Positions 50,498-61,770 of a DNA stretch of 64,000 nucleotides are shown piece by piece. The position numbers and the translations under genes were made by a program. The DNA lies in contig NC_058368.1 of the NCBI RefSeq assembly GCF_018350175.1, forward strand, positions 25,856,001 through 25,920,000, read 5' to 3'. The stretch is from Felis catus. Lineage: Eukaryota. Position 1 is the stretch's first letter. Each line of letters opens with the position of its first letter. Below the pieces are notes generated by a model. It made no database searches, was not told the DNA's origin, and worked only from the letters and a program-made list of their open reading frames with translations.

Positions 50498-51190
50498 GGG
50501 GCGCCTGGGTGGCGCAGTCGGTTAAGCGTCCGACTTCAGCCAGGTCACGATCTCGCGGTCCGTGGGTTCGAGCCCCGCGTCGGGCTCTGGGCTGATGGCT
50601 CGGAGCCTGGAGCCTGTTTCCGATTCTGTGTCTCCCTCTCTCTCTGCCCCTCCCCCGTTCATGCTCTGCCTCTCTCTGTCCCAAAAATAAATAAACATTG
50701 AAAAAAAAATTAAAAAAAAACAAAAACAAAAAAAACTTTAGGGGCACCTGGGTGGCGCAGTCGGTTAAGCGTCCGACTTCAGCCAGGTCACGATATCGCG
50801 GTCCGTGAGTTCGAGCCCCGCGTCGGGCTCTGGGCTGATGGCTCAGAGCCTGGAGCCTGTTTCCGATTCTGTGTCTCCCTCTCTCTCTGCCCCTCCCCCG
50901 TTCATGCTCTGTCTCTCTCTGTCCCAAAAATAAATCAACGTTGAAAAAAAAATTTAATAAAAACTTTAAGGCTTTCTGGGGTGCGTGGGTGGCTCAGTCA
51001 GTGGAGTGTCCAATTCTTGATTTCAGCTCAGGTCACGATCTCCCGGTTCATGGGATCGAGTCCCACGTTAGGCTCTGTGCTGACAGCGTGGAGCCTGCCT
51101 GGGATGCTCTCTTTCCTTCTCTCTCTGCCCCTCCCCTGCTTGCACATGCATGCTGCACACTCTCTCTCTCAAAATAAAAAACCAAAAAAC
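50498..51190 (+). mobile_element. Three tandem CAN-SINEs at one target site
   Basis: Heads at 50498, 50741, 50978, separated by aaaaacttta-type target duplications. Confidence 0.95.
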
Positions 51191-52589
51191 AACTTTAAGG
51201 CTTTCTGCTAATAGTCTGCAACCCCCCCTGCCAGAAGCAATTCTTTCTTAATTCCTGACCTTTGAGGTATAAATGCTGTGATTTGGCATTCTAGAACACA
51301 GACTCTATCTGGAAACAGCGGTGGAAGTTTGCTAGAAACGTTGAAACATATTTCACAGTAGACAGGGAGTCCACTAGGTGGAGTAGTTATGTGATATATG
51401 TTTCACTAGTTACTGTGGTGCTGAGGAAATTCTTTTAAATTGTAACCCCAGTTCTTTCAGAATTCCAACAGAGGGGGTCTGCTTCTAAAACATGCTACGT
51501 CTTTTTGAAGTCCAGAAAGACTTTGAAATAAAAATACGGTAGTATGGCTTGTGTGGAAGCAGTTGTGGGTCAGTGCCAGTAAAGAAGGGTTGTGTTTATA
51601 TAGAGAATAAGCTTAGGGGAAAAGTCAACAAATGGGTGGTGATTTGAGAAGGAAAGAGTCAGAGTATGACCAGAATGATGTGTGCCGAGATCACGGTTGG
51701 CATAGTTTTGACCATTTATCGACCTCAGTGCTTAAGGATCATCACTGCAGGCTAAAGGCTGAGGCAAGGGGAAGACAGAGTAGGGAAGACAGGAAAGAAG
51801 GAGGAGAAGGAAAAAGGGCATATGGCTTTTTTAATCAAAGCTGCAAACTCTTCCTTATTCTTGTGTTTCAGTATTAATGTTGCTCTATATGTAACAAGGT
51901 CTTGTGTTTCTGGTTTTCCTTTTTTTTGGATAATTTGCTTTCTAGTGCCCTTGCTTTTCCTAGTTTTTAGTCTTCGGGAATGTGTAAATAGGAATAGCAT
52001 AAATTTGGAAGAGGGTTTTATTAATTCAAGCACTGAAAAATGGAATCTTACAGCTTTTCAAGGGATATTAAAAGAGCCGTTACCTTTAGGAAAGTGTTAC
52101 TTTAGTATCGGCTAGAAGCAAAGTGAGCTGTTTTAAAAGACTTCCACCATCGGAGTTTGCGCAACCTCCTTGATGTCTTAAGGAATTCTTTCTTATCTCA
52201 CCTAAAATCCCCTTGCTATCACATTTACATTCTTTACCTTTGGGAAGCACGTAGGTAGCCTCTGTTTGCTTGTTCGTGGCCCACTGTAGCACCAAGTCTT
52301 TAGTGCTTGGCGTGTGGCTCAACATGGTCAGGGGCTGCAGTACTCAGAAGAAAAGTGTTGAAGAGACATTCATAGTAAGAAGAAGTGAATTTCGGAGATG
52401 TGAAGGGTGTTGAGTGGCTGTGAGTCACTTGCCTAGACACTGTGGGGCCTGTGAACGTCATCACCGTTTTCCTCACCATTTCTGCGTCTGCGTATTTCTG
52501 TCTTCAGATTGGGACCAGCTGGCTGCCATCCTTTCCGTAAGAGCGTTTATTGTCATTTCTCTTCCTCTTTTAAAGGCTGCAAATAGTTC

Positions 52590-53260
52590 CAGTTCCTTTC
52601 ATCTTTCTTCAGAGGTTTTCTTTTTCATCTTGTTAATCATCTTTGAATCTCTTCTGAATCCCTTCCAAGTTTTATTTTTCCTCAACATTCCTTTTCAGTG
52701 TAGGGGCACAAAACTGAACACAGTGCCCTGAGAGTTTCTGACGACTTTTGAATATCATGAGAGGAAGATTTCACACTTGTACATATGCCAGACTCCATTT
52801 CACATAACCTTAGATTATGTTTGCTTTCCAAAAGTCCAGTCATATGGTGCTGACTGGCTGTCAGATTTTTGTCTCCTATGACCTTGATCTTCTCCTCTTA
52901 TGTTTATTTATAGCTTGTACATTCATCATCTTTTATTTATGGAGTTTACTTTCCTTGGCTGAATAGATTGCTTTGCACGGTCCTCATTGAAATTCATTGC
53001 CTTTTTTCTGATTATTTCACCACTTACTCAATGTCATTTCCATTCTTATCTTCCAATGTGGCCAACCCAAAGGCTTCATATTGTCTGTGCCATTCAAATC
53101 AGTGATGCAGGTGTTAAAAAACAAAAAAAAAAAACAAAAACAAAAAAAAAAGGGAAGTTGGGGGTGGAAACAATGTCCCAGAAACAATGGCAGAACACAA
53201 TTTGTTGATATTTCTTAAAATATTTACTCTGATGACCAGCCAAGCTGAGTGGTAGAGAGC
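52590..53260 (-). mobile_element. CR1/L3 LINE fragment
   Basis: cattccttttcagtgtaggggcacaaaactgaacacagtg resembles the conserved antisense CR1 ORF2 3' motif (ggggcccaaaactgaacacagtac). Confidence 0.6.
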
Positions 53261-54245
53261 TGTGTTCCCCCTCTGTCTGTGCTTTTTTTATACTCCTAAG
53301 ATCTGTTCCCCTCACCACCAGAGTTTGCATCTCCACACGACTGTGCCAAGGAACAAAGAAAGCTTTGTCAGAGCAATTCATCTTGCACATTGCTGTCAGA
53401 TTTAATCTTAATCACTGCCTTACACATAGCTCTCCCTGTTCATAACTTTCCGTGGCTCCCTACTGTCACTGAAATAACTATAAACTTTCTAGTCTGGTTT
53501 CAAGGCACATTTAATGGCCTCAGCCTCCCTTTCTGTCTGATTGCTTGTAACTGTTTCGTACAAAATGAACCACTTGCCATTCCCTGGATATCTTGCACAC
53601 CTTCTGAGGCTTTGGTTTGTTTGTATTGTTTATTCTGCTTAGAACACTGAAGCTTTTCCATCTGATTTCTGTTTATTAACACCATGTAAGACTAATTTCT
53701 TTCATCTTTCTTCCGGATTTCTCCTGCTGGATATGATCATTTCCTCCCACCCAGTCTTTGTACCTCTTTGGGGTACTTTTATTATATTTTGCCCTTTGTA
53801 ATAGCTATTTGTGTGCTTTTCTTATCTTTTTTTGAGAACTGTTTCTTCCTCATTTTGGTAACTTTGGGTGTACCTCGTATGTATTTGCATAAGTAATTGC
53901 ATAGACTTACATTTTTTAAATAGTATTTATGGATAAATGACAAATAAATGAACTATATCAGTTTGAGCACATTTTATGATATATTTAATTCAAATTCTCG
54001 TATAAGCTCCTTATCTACTCATTGATTGGTGACAGTTTGTGGACTGACAGCTGGTCTACTTGAGTAGCATTGTCACAGTCTACTTTTTTTCTCTTAAAAA
54101 ATTCTAGAAAGAATTAAAGGTTTAAAATGATTTATTGTATTAGTTATTAAATAAACAGAAATTGCTAAATGCAGTAATTGCTTGATTAGATAATTAAATT
54201 TGTACTCTAAAAGCCCTTTTATAATTGGTTTTTATTGTTTTCTAG

Positions 54246-54338
54246 AAACTACCCGACTCTGGCCAATATTGAAAGAAAGAAAAAATTAAAACTTGAAAAG
54301 GAAAAGAGAGGAGCAGTTTTGACAACAACACAGTATGG
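54246..54338 (+). CDS. NUFIP1: NUFIP1 coding exon 6 (93 nt)
   Basis: Acceptor ttttctag|A; NYPTLANIERKKKLKLEKEKRGAVLTTTQY(G), completing WREERRKNYPT; donor TGG|GTAAGT; phase 2-2. Confidence 0.96.
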
Positions 54339-54380
54339 GTAAGTTCCTTAAAATCGCTTGCATTCTCAATGCTTATTTTA

Positions 54381-54878
54381 TTTTATTTTTTTAAATGTTT
54401 ATTTCTTTATTTTGAGAGAGAGAGCGTGCCCCCATGTGCACAAGCCAGGGAGGGGCAGGGGGAGGAGAGAATCCCAAGCAGACTCCATGCTCTCAGTACA
54501 GAGCCAGACATGGGGCTTGAACTCACAAACCATGACGTCCTAACCTGTGCCAAAATCAAGAGTCGGGGGCTCAACAGACTGAGCCACCCAGCACCCCAAC
54601 TCAATGCTTATTTTATTTTATTTTATTTTATTTTATTTTATTTTATTTTATTTATTTATTTTTTTAATTTTTTTTTTTAATGTTTATTTTTGAGACAGAG
54701 CGAGACAGAGCATGAATGGGGGAGGGGCAGAGAGAGAGAGGGAGACACAGAATCGGAAGCAGGCTCCAGGCTCTGAGCCATCAGCCCAGAGCCCGATGCG
54801 GGGCTCGAACTCACGGACCGCGAGATTGTGACCTGAGCTGAAGTTGGACGCTTAACTGACTGAGCCACCCAGGCGCCC
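54381..54878 (-). mobile_element. Two tandem CAN-SINEs just downstream of NUFIP1 exon 6
   Basis: Three copies of ctcaatgcttatttta delimit them. Confidence 0.95.
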
Positions 54879-54999
54879 CTCAATGCTTATTTTAAATGAG
54901 TATGCTTAAAATTAATAAACGAGCATACACCAAAATCTTAAAATTTCTACATTTCTGATTCTGAAATCTTTGCTTTTATAAATTTTTAACTTCAGGATT

Positions 55000-56805
55000 T
55001 CTTTATGTTTTTAAACAGATAATACCCCATATTCACGTGGTTTTCACAAAGACTTGTTAATAAGTATTTTCTGTCTTTGTCTCCTAGCTAAACAGTTGTC
55101 CTTCTCAGAGACAACCCATTTTTCCTTCCAGAGATACTTCATGTAGCACATAAGATAGTAGTCTTTTGTTCTCTTTCTCCTTTTTTGACACTATTTCTAT
55201 ATCTTGCTTTTTTAGCCAAATGATATATTGGGAGATTGTCCCATATTAATAAATAACAAGCCTCCTCATTCTTCAAGGATGTATAGAATCCTAAGGGTAA
55301 CCCACAGGGTTTTTATTGTTTTTGTTTTTTTCTTTTCTAAAACTAATTTCCCGTTGACAGGTACTTAAGTTTTTACCAATCTTTTACGAATAAAAATATG
55401 CCATGCTTGGCCTGCACATACATTTTACACATGTACAAATACTTCTAAGGATGGATTCCTAGAAGTGGATTTGCTGAGTCAAAAGATAAAATGTATATTT
55501 GCGGTATTAATGGTTAACTGCCAAATAACTGTCATAGCTTGCTCTCCCACCAGCGGTCTATGAGATGCCCTGTTTTCCCTAGTCCCTCACCTTCATAGAA
55601 GTTTGTTCAAAATTGTTTCCATTTTGGGGCCCCTGGGTGGCTCGGTCGGTTGGACGGCTGACTACAGCTCAGGTCATGATCTCACGGTCCGTGAGTTTGA
55701 GCCCCGCGTCGGGCTGTGTGCTAACAGTTTGGAGCCCGGAGCCTGCTTCCGATTCTGTGTCTCCCCCTCTCTCTACCCCTTCCCTGCTGCTCTCTGTCTC
55801 TCTCTCAAAAATAATAAGCATTAAAAAAAAAAATTAAAAAAAATTGTTTCCATTTTATTTTTTTGCTAAAGTTTATTTTTAATATAAATAAAATCTGTAA
55901 ATCTCAGGTGTACAACTCGGATTTATACACATACCCACATACACCTATACATCCATGCAACCTCCACACAGATTAATATACAAAATGTCTTCGTCTCATA
56001 AATCTCTCTTAAGCTCTCCCTAGTTCGATGCCTCTCTGCAAAGATGACCTCTCTTCTGATTTCTGTCATCACAGATTTATTTTGCCTGCTCTTGGAACCT
56101 CATATAAAAATCATATAATATATGTTCTTTGGTGTAAGATTTCTATGGTTCAGAATTATTTTGTTGTATTCATTCATTTTATGTATAGCTATAAACTGTT
56201 CATTCTTGTGTAGAACTCATTTGTAAGAATATCCATTCTACTGTTGGACATTAGGGTTGTTTCCAGTGTGGATTATTATGAATAAGCTGTTACCAATGAA
56301 CATCCTTTTTTTTTTTTTTTTTTTTTTAAGTTTATTTATTTTGAGAGAGAGAAAATCCCAAGCATGCTTTGCACTGTCAGTGCAGAGCCCAACGCAGGGC
56401 TCAAACTCACGAACTGTGAGATTATGACCTGAGTGGAAGTCAGACTTAACCAACTGAGCCACCCAGGCACCCCGAACATTCCTTTACATGTCTTTTGGGA
56501 ACATAAGTACTCATTTTCACTGGTCATATATATGCTGGATCATTGGGCATCTGTATGTTTAGCTTTGATAGGTAAAGCCGAACAGTTTTCCATAATGGTT
56601 TTACCAATTTACACTCGTACTGATTGTGTATCTAATTGCCCTTGTTTCTTGACTAATGCTTAGTTATGCCTTTTCCTCATGTCATGCCATTTCTCTCTTG
56701 ACTAATGATGTTGGACACCTTTTTTAAAAGTTAAGAAAAAATTTTTTTAAGTTTATTTATTTTGAGAGGGACAGAGCAAGAGAGAGTGTGTGTGAGTGGG
56801 GGAGG

Positions 56806-56858
<53 letters not shown>

Positions 56859-57630
56859 TCCCAAGCAGGCTTTCATGCTGTTAGCATGGAGCCTGACGTG
56901 GGCTTAATCCAGTGAACTATGAGATCATGACCTGAGTCGAAATCAGGTCAGATGCCCAACCAACTGAGCCACCCATGTTGCCCCTATTTTTATTTTTATT
57001 TTATTTTAATTTTTATTTTTAAAAAAAGTTGATTTATTTTGAGAGAGTGTGAGTAGGGGAGGGGCGGAGAGGGGTTGGAGAGAGAATCCCAAGCAGACTC
57101 CATGCTGGGTGTGCAGAGACCGACACGGGGCTTGAACTCACAAACCGTGAGTGAGCCAGAATCAAGAGTCTGGACGCTTAACTGACTGAGCCACTCAGGC
57201 ACCACCCCCCCCCCATTTTTATTTTAGGTAGAGAGAGTGAGAGCAAGAGTGTGTGAGCAGGGAAGAGGGGTGGGGCAGGGAGAGAGAATCTCAAGCAGGC
57301 TCCATGCTCAGTGCAGAGCCTGACGCAGGGCTCAGTTCCACAACCCTAGGATCATGACCTGAGCCCAGATCAAAAGTTGGACGTTCAACTGACCAAACCA
57401 CCCAGGTGCCGCTGATGTTGGACACCTTTTTATTTGCTTATCAGCATTTTGCTATTTTCTTGTGAAGTGCCAGTTCAAGTTTTCGACCAGTTTTTAATTG
57501 GGTTGCTTTTCTTGATTTGTAGGAGTTATTTACTTAGATACAAATCCTATTTTGAGTAGAGTGTATATATGCAAATATATCCTCACAACTTGTGACTTGC
57601 CTTTTTACTCTCTTAATGAGTGTCCTTTTT
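55000..57630 (-). mobile_element. Fragmented ancient L1M pieces heavily invaded by SINEs
   Basis: ggattcctagaagtggatttgctgagtcaaa, ttggacattagggttgtttccag, tttcttgtgaagtgccagttcaag motifs between SINE copies. Confidence 0.6.
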
Positions 57631-60350
57631 TCCCCCCAATAAAATAGCAAGTATTAATTGCTCAGACATCTGGAGTCAGTTGGGGTTCAGTTAGATCTTG
57701 ACAAAGTTCAGTCACAGCTGGGGTTTGGTAGGCTGATGGCTGATCTAGCCTGGCTGATGGCTGGGGTACCTACATATTTACCATTTCTGGTACTCTTCAT
57801 TCTTTAATGGTGATCCATCTTTTTGTCTAATAGCATTTTCCTTTTGCTAAAACACTTTCTTTGACATTTCTTGTAGTAAAGAACCGCTCGAGGTGACTTC
57901 TTTCAGCTTCTGTGTGTCTGAAAAGGTTTTTCTTTGCGTTTCTTTTTGTATCTTTTTTTTTTTTTTTTTTTTGAGAGAGAGAGAGAGAGAGAGTATGCAA
58001 GTGGGAGAGAGGGGCAGAGGGAGAGAGAGAGAGAATCATAAGTGGAGGCTCCATCCTCAGCGCAGAGCCTGATGAGGGGCTCGATCCCACAACCTTGGCT
58101 GGGATCGTGACCTGAGCTGAAATCAAGAGTTGGACACTTAACCGACTGAGCCACCCAGGTGCCCTAATTTTTTTTGTTACATGTCCTGTTTTTTTGTTGT
58201 TGTTTCCTTCCTTGCCTCCTTTTGGAATAATTGAATAATTTCTTAATATTCCTCTCCCCCTCTATTAGCTTTTTAGTTGTAATTGTTCCTTTATCTCTCC
58301 ACTTCATGTGCATCTACACTTTAACTTATGTTATGCTTTAAGTGTTTTAAAGTGTTGATTAAATAAACTTTTTATTTAATTAATTAATTTATTTATGTTT
58401 AATGTTTTATTTATTTTTTGAGAGAGTGCAAGTGGGGGAGGTACAGAGAGAGGGGGACAGAGGATCCCAAGCAGGCTCTGCACTGACAGCACGAGCTCGA
58501 TGGACTTGAACTCACCAACTGTGAGATCATGACCTGGGCTGAACTCAGATGCTCAACCAACTGAGCCACCCAGGCGCCCCTAAACTTTTCCCTGTAAATG
58601 ATTGTTAGGCAACTGTGTAAAGAACTACTCCCTCAAAGGTGGGGCAGTGCAACTTCCAGATACATCACTTTTCAGTGAAGTCTTATTGATCTCGTCAACT
58701 AAAGGTCATTCCAGGGGCACTTGGCTGGCTCAGTCAGTAGATGATGAGACTCTTGATCTTGGGGTTGTGAGTTCGAACCCCATGTTGGGTATAGAGATTA
58801 CTGAAAAAACAATCTTTAAAAAAAAGTCATTCTAATTCATTGCTTATTACTGAATACCTTAAAAATGATCATTTAGAAGTCATCTGTGGTGAGGTGCTGT
58901 AGGAGCAGAATACAAGGAAGGCTTCTGTGAATGGGAGCCTATGGAAAGTTGCATCTCTTCATCATCCTCATGGGGACTGTGAGCCAGAGGCAAGACTCTT
59001 AACTTGTTTTACCTGTGATGAAACTGTTGAGGCCTGACGTCTGCGGTTGCACATTAGAAATTGGTCCATGGTTTTCTGCAAAATTTGGAGCCTATATATG
59101 ATTTTTTGGAATGAGACTTTGTAAGGATTATGGTGACCCTAAAAGAATTAAGAACCTTTGGATTACAGAAATATTAACCAAATATGTTGGCTTAGCAAGT
59201 TATTTAGAAAATGTTATGGTAATAACTACCATTTATTAAGGGCTCAGTGTGGCACTTTATATTAATTCTATGTGTCTATGATTCCCTTTCTACAAACAAC
59301 GGATTAAGCAGACTTAGGGATATTAATATTGTCCAAGAGGCACAGCTAGTAAGTGACAAAATTGGGATTTGAACCCAGATTTCTAATTTCTATATTCCTA
59401 ACTGCAGCCTCCATTATTAATGAAAAACAAACAAACAACAACAAAAAAAAAACAACAAAAAAAGAATTCTGGTAAATGACAAATTAGAAAAAAAAATGTA
59501 TTTTTTGTGAAAATTCATCCCCACCAAAGGATACTTTGTATTTTCTATTGAGAATGTGTAACAAACCTTTTTTTGAAATTTTTCCCTATACATAGCTTAC
59601 ATTAGAATATGCTTGTATAAGCATTGTTTTTCCTTCTAAGATGAGTAATTGTAGTCATTGAGAGGGCACTTGATTTGAGATAGCTGTGAAACTGTGCTCA
59701 GTTTATGATCTTTAAGCTTATCCTCTTACAAAGTGAAGAGAGTAGTACCTGTCTAGCCAATTTCAAAGAGCTGTCATGAAGATCAAACAAGGCAGCATAT
59801 TTGTAAGTGCGTCAGAAACTTTAAGATGCCTGTAGAATGACTAGACAAGAGTTAACACACTTTGTAAGTTTAAGAAACACTTTTATGCACAATCAGAATG
59901 AAAATTCTGCCAGTTAAATTCACCTCCTGTTGATCATACAACATAGACCCTTTTCAGAGGGGTTAAAATACGGGAGGAATTGTGCATCTTGGAATTCATA
60001 AAGTGGTATTTATTGTCATGTGTTATTTTATTAAAGTTCTGCCATAGTTCCCTGTGGAAGCCATTGAGTTTATTTCTTTTATCTCTTGAATGTAATAGGC
60101 TACAAATGATTGATTTGGTGGCTAGGTTTCTTTTACATTCAGTACTCTCCTTTAAATTTTCCTTGGGGGGAGGGCACCTGGGTGGCTCAGTGTGTTAAGT
60201 GTCAGACTCTTGGTTTTGGCTCAGGTCATAATTTCATGGCCCTGAGATCGAGCTCTGCATTGGGCAGGAGCCTGCTTGAGATTCTCTCTTTCTCTCTCCC
60301 TCTGCCCTTCCCCCACTGGTGCTTTCTTGTGGTCTCTCTCTCAAAAAAAA
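55626..60350. mobile_element. CAN-SINEs in NUFIP1 intron 6 (55626 +, 56305 -, 56730/56990/57215 - triple, 57950 -, 58370 -, short 58714 +, 60167 +)
   Basis: Consensus heads and tails; TSDs aaaattgtttccatttt and tgatgttggacaccttttt. Confidence 0.88.
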
Positions 60351-60415
60351 TTTTTTTTCTTTTTCTTGGGGGGTCAGTGCCTTTTATATTAAGAATTGCA
60401 TTTTTCTCACTCCAG

Positions 60416-60609
60416 CAAGATGAAGGGGATGTCCAGACATTCACATATGGCAAAGATCAGAAGTCCTGGCAGGCATCACAAATGGAAAAATGACTGTGTT
60501 GGACAGACAGCAGCCACTGGATCTGGTAGTAGCTTGCGTGATTCGAAGCCTGAAGATCCGCCCAAGGCAAATGCAGACCCTCTGGGTGTTTTGGTAAACA
60601 CGGACTCTG
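60416..60609 (+). CDS. NUFIP1: NUFIP1 coding exon 7 (194 nt); gene continues beyond the window
   Basis: Acceptor ctcactccag|C; KMKGMSRHSHMAKIRSPGRHHKWKND...KANADPLGVLVNTDS; donor CTG|GTAAGC. Confidence 0.95.
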
Positions 60610-61529
60610 GTAAGCTAAACAGGAAAGCAGCATGTTGATAAGCTTACTGGCCATGGTGCTGAACTTGATTCTTCACAGTGTTATTTTTGGAGAGTTTGAT
60701 GGCAAATATGTACAAAAGTAGAATGATGCTTTTCTTTTTCTTTGTAATGGGAGTGTCTTGTCAAAACCCTCATTTCAGGTCATCTTTTCTGAATCTTGGG
60801 GAGTGGGTGCATGAGGCAGACAGATATGAAAGGAAGGTTGTATTTATTGGATAATTGTCATAGTATGGTGTAATCTTGGGAACTTTCTTAAGATTGTTCT
60901 GAATGTGTCAATGCTATAGATTCAAAATCTTCCAGTTATGTTAATTTTTCCCCCAGTGAAGTGGGTAATTCCAGCGGAAGCCAGTATTATTTATGCAGCT
61001 AAGCGTGAACATAATCTCTTTGGGTAAATGATATTATTTCAGTGTATTTGATACTGTTCTTCCTCAGCCCATAGAATATATTTATATTAGCCTTAAATTC
61101 CCTTACTCTTGCTTAATAAGTTGAAAAATTAAAGGTCCAGAATGCTGCTAACCACATAGAGATACCGTCCAGCCTCTGAGGCTCCATTTTCCCTTCTGAA
61201 AAATAAAAATGTAGATGTAAGTGTCTTGAAAAACAAAAATGTAGGTGTAAATACTTCTACCATCTTTCCTTCCAATAACGTATGTATGTTCTCTTCTGCA
61301 AAGGAGTGTTATTAGTGAGTGGACTGATTTTACGTTAGAAGTTTGCTAGCAAGCTCTGTTCTGCTTGGAAGACAGTGGCTTCTGTGATAATCACATGGCA
61401 AATTATTAAACTTATGGATGGCAAGAGATGGGGTCACTCATTCAGTGACTAAATCAGGATGGAAGGGATCTTGGTATAAGAGAGTATTAGGCTAAGAATA
61501 AGATAGAATTTAGTTAGAATGATAGTAAT

Positions 61530-61770
61530 TATTTTAACACCAACTAACACTTATTGAGTAAGGTACTTACTGTGCTCTACGTGCTTTGTACGTGTTAATA
61601 ACTCTTTTTCTCATCTCAAACCTTTTCAAATGCATAGGTACTGTTGCTACTTCTATTTTAGAGCTGAGGGACGCAGGGTAAGGAGTTTACCTTAGTGCAG
61701 CTGCTAGCTAATGCCAGAGCCAAAGTTTGAATTTAAGAGTCTGACTCGACCGGACACTATACTTCCTCTA
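61530..61770 (-). mobile_element. MIR fragment
   Basis: acacttattgag..acttactgtg..ctatttttagagctgaggga..gccagagccaaagtttgaa. Confidence 0.55.

Noticed and set aside
50439..50927. 162-aa internally repeated ORF and the many similar ORFs (AQSVKRPTSAQV..., GRGRERGRHRI...)
   Set aside because: Translations of CAN-SINE bodies; the internal repeat is two tandem SINEs.
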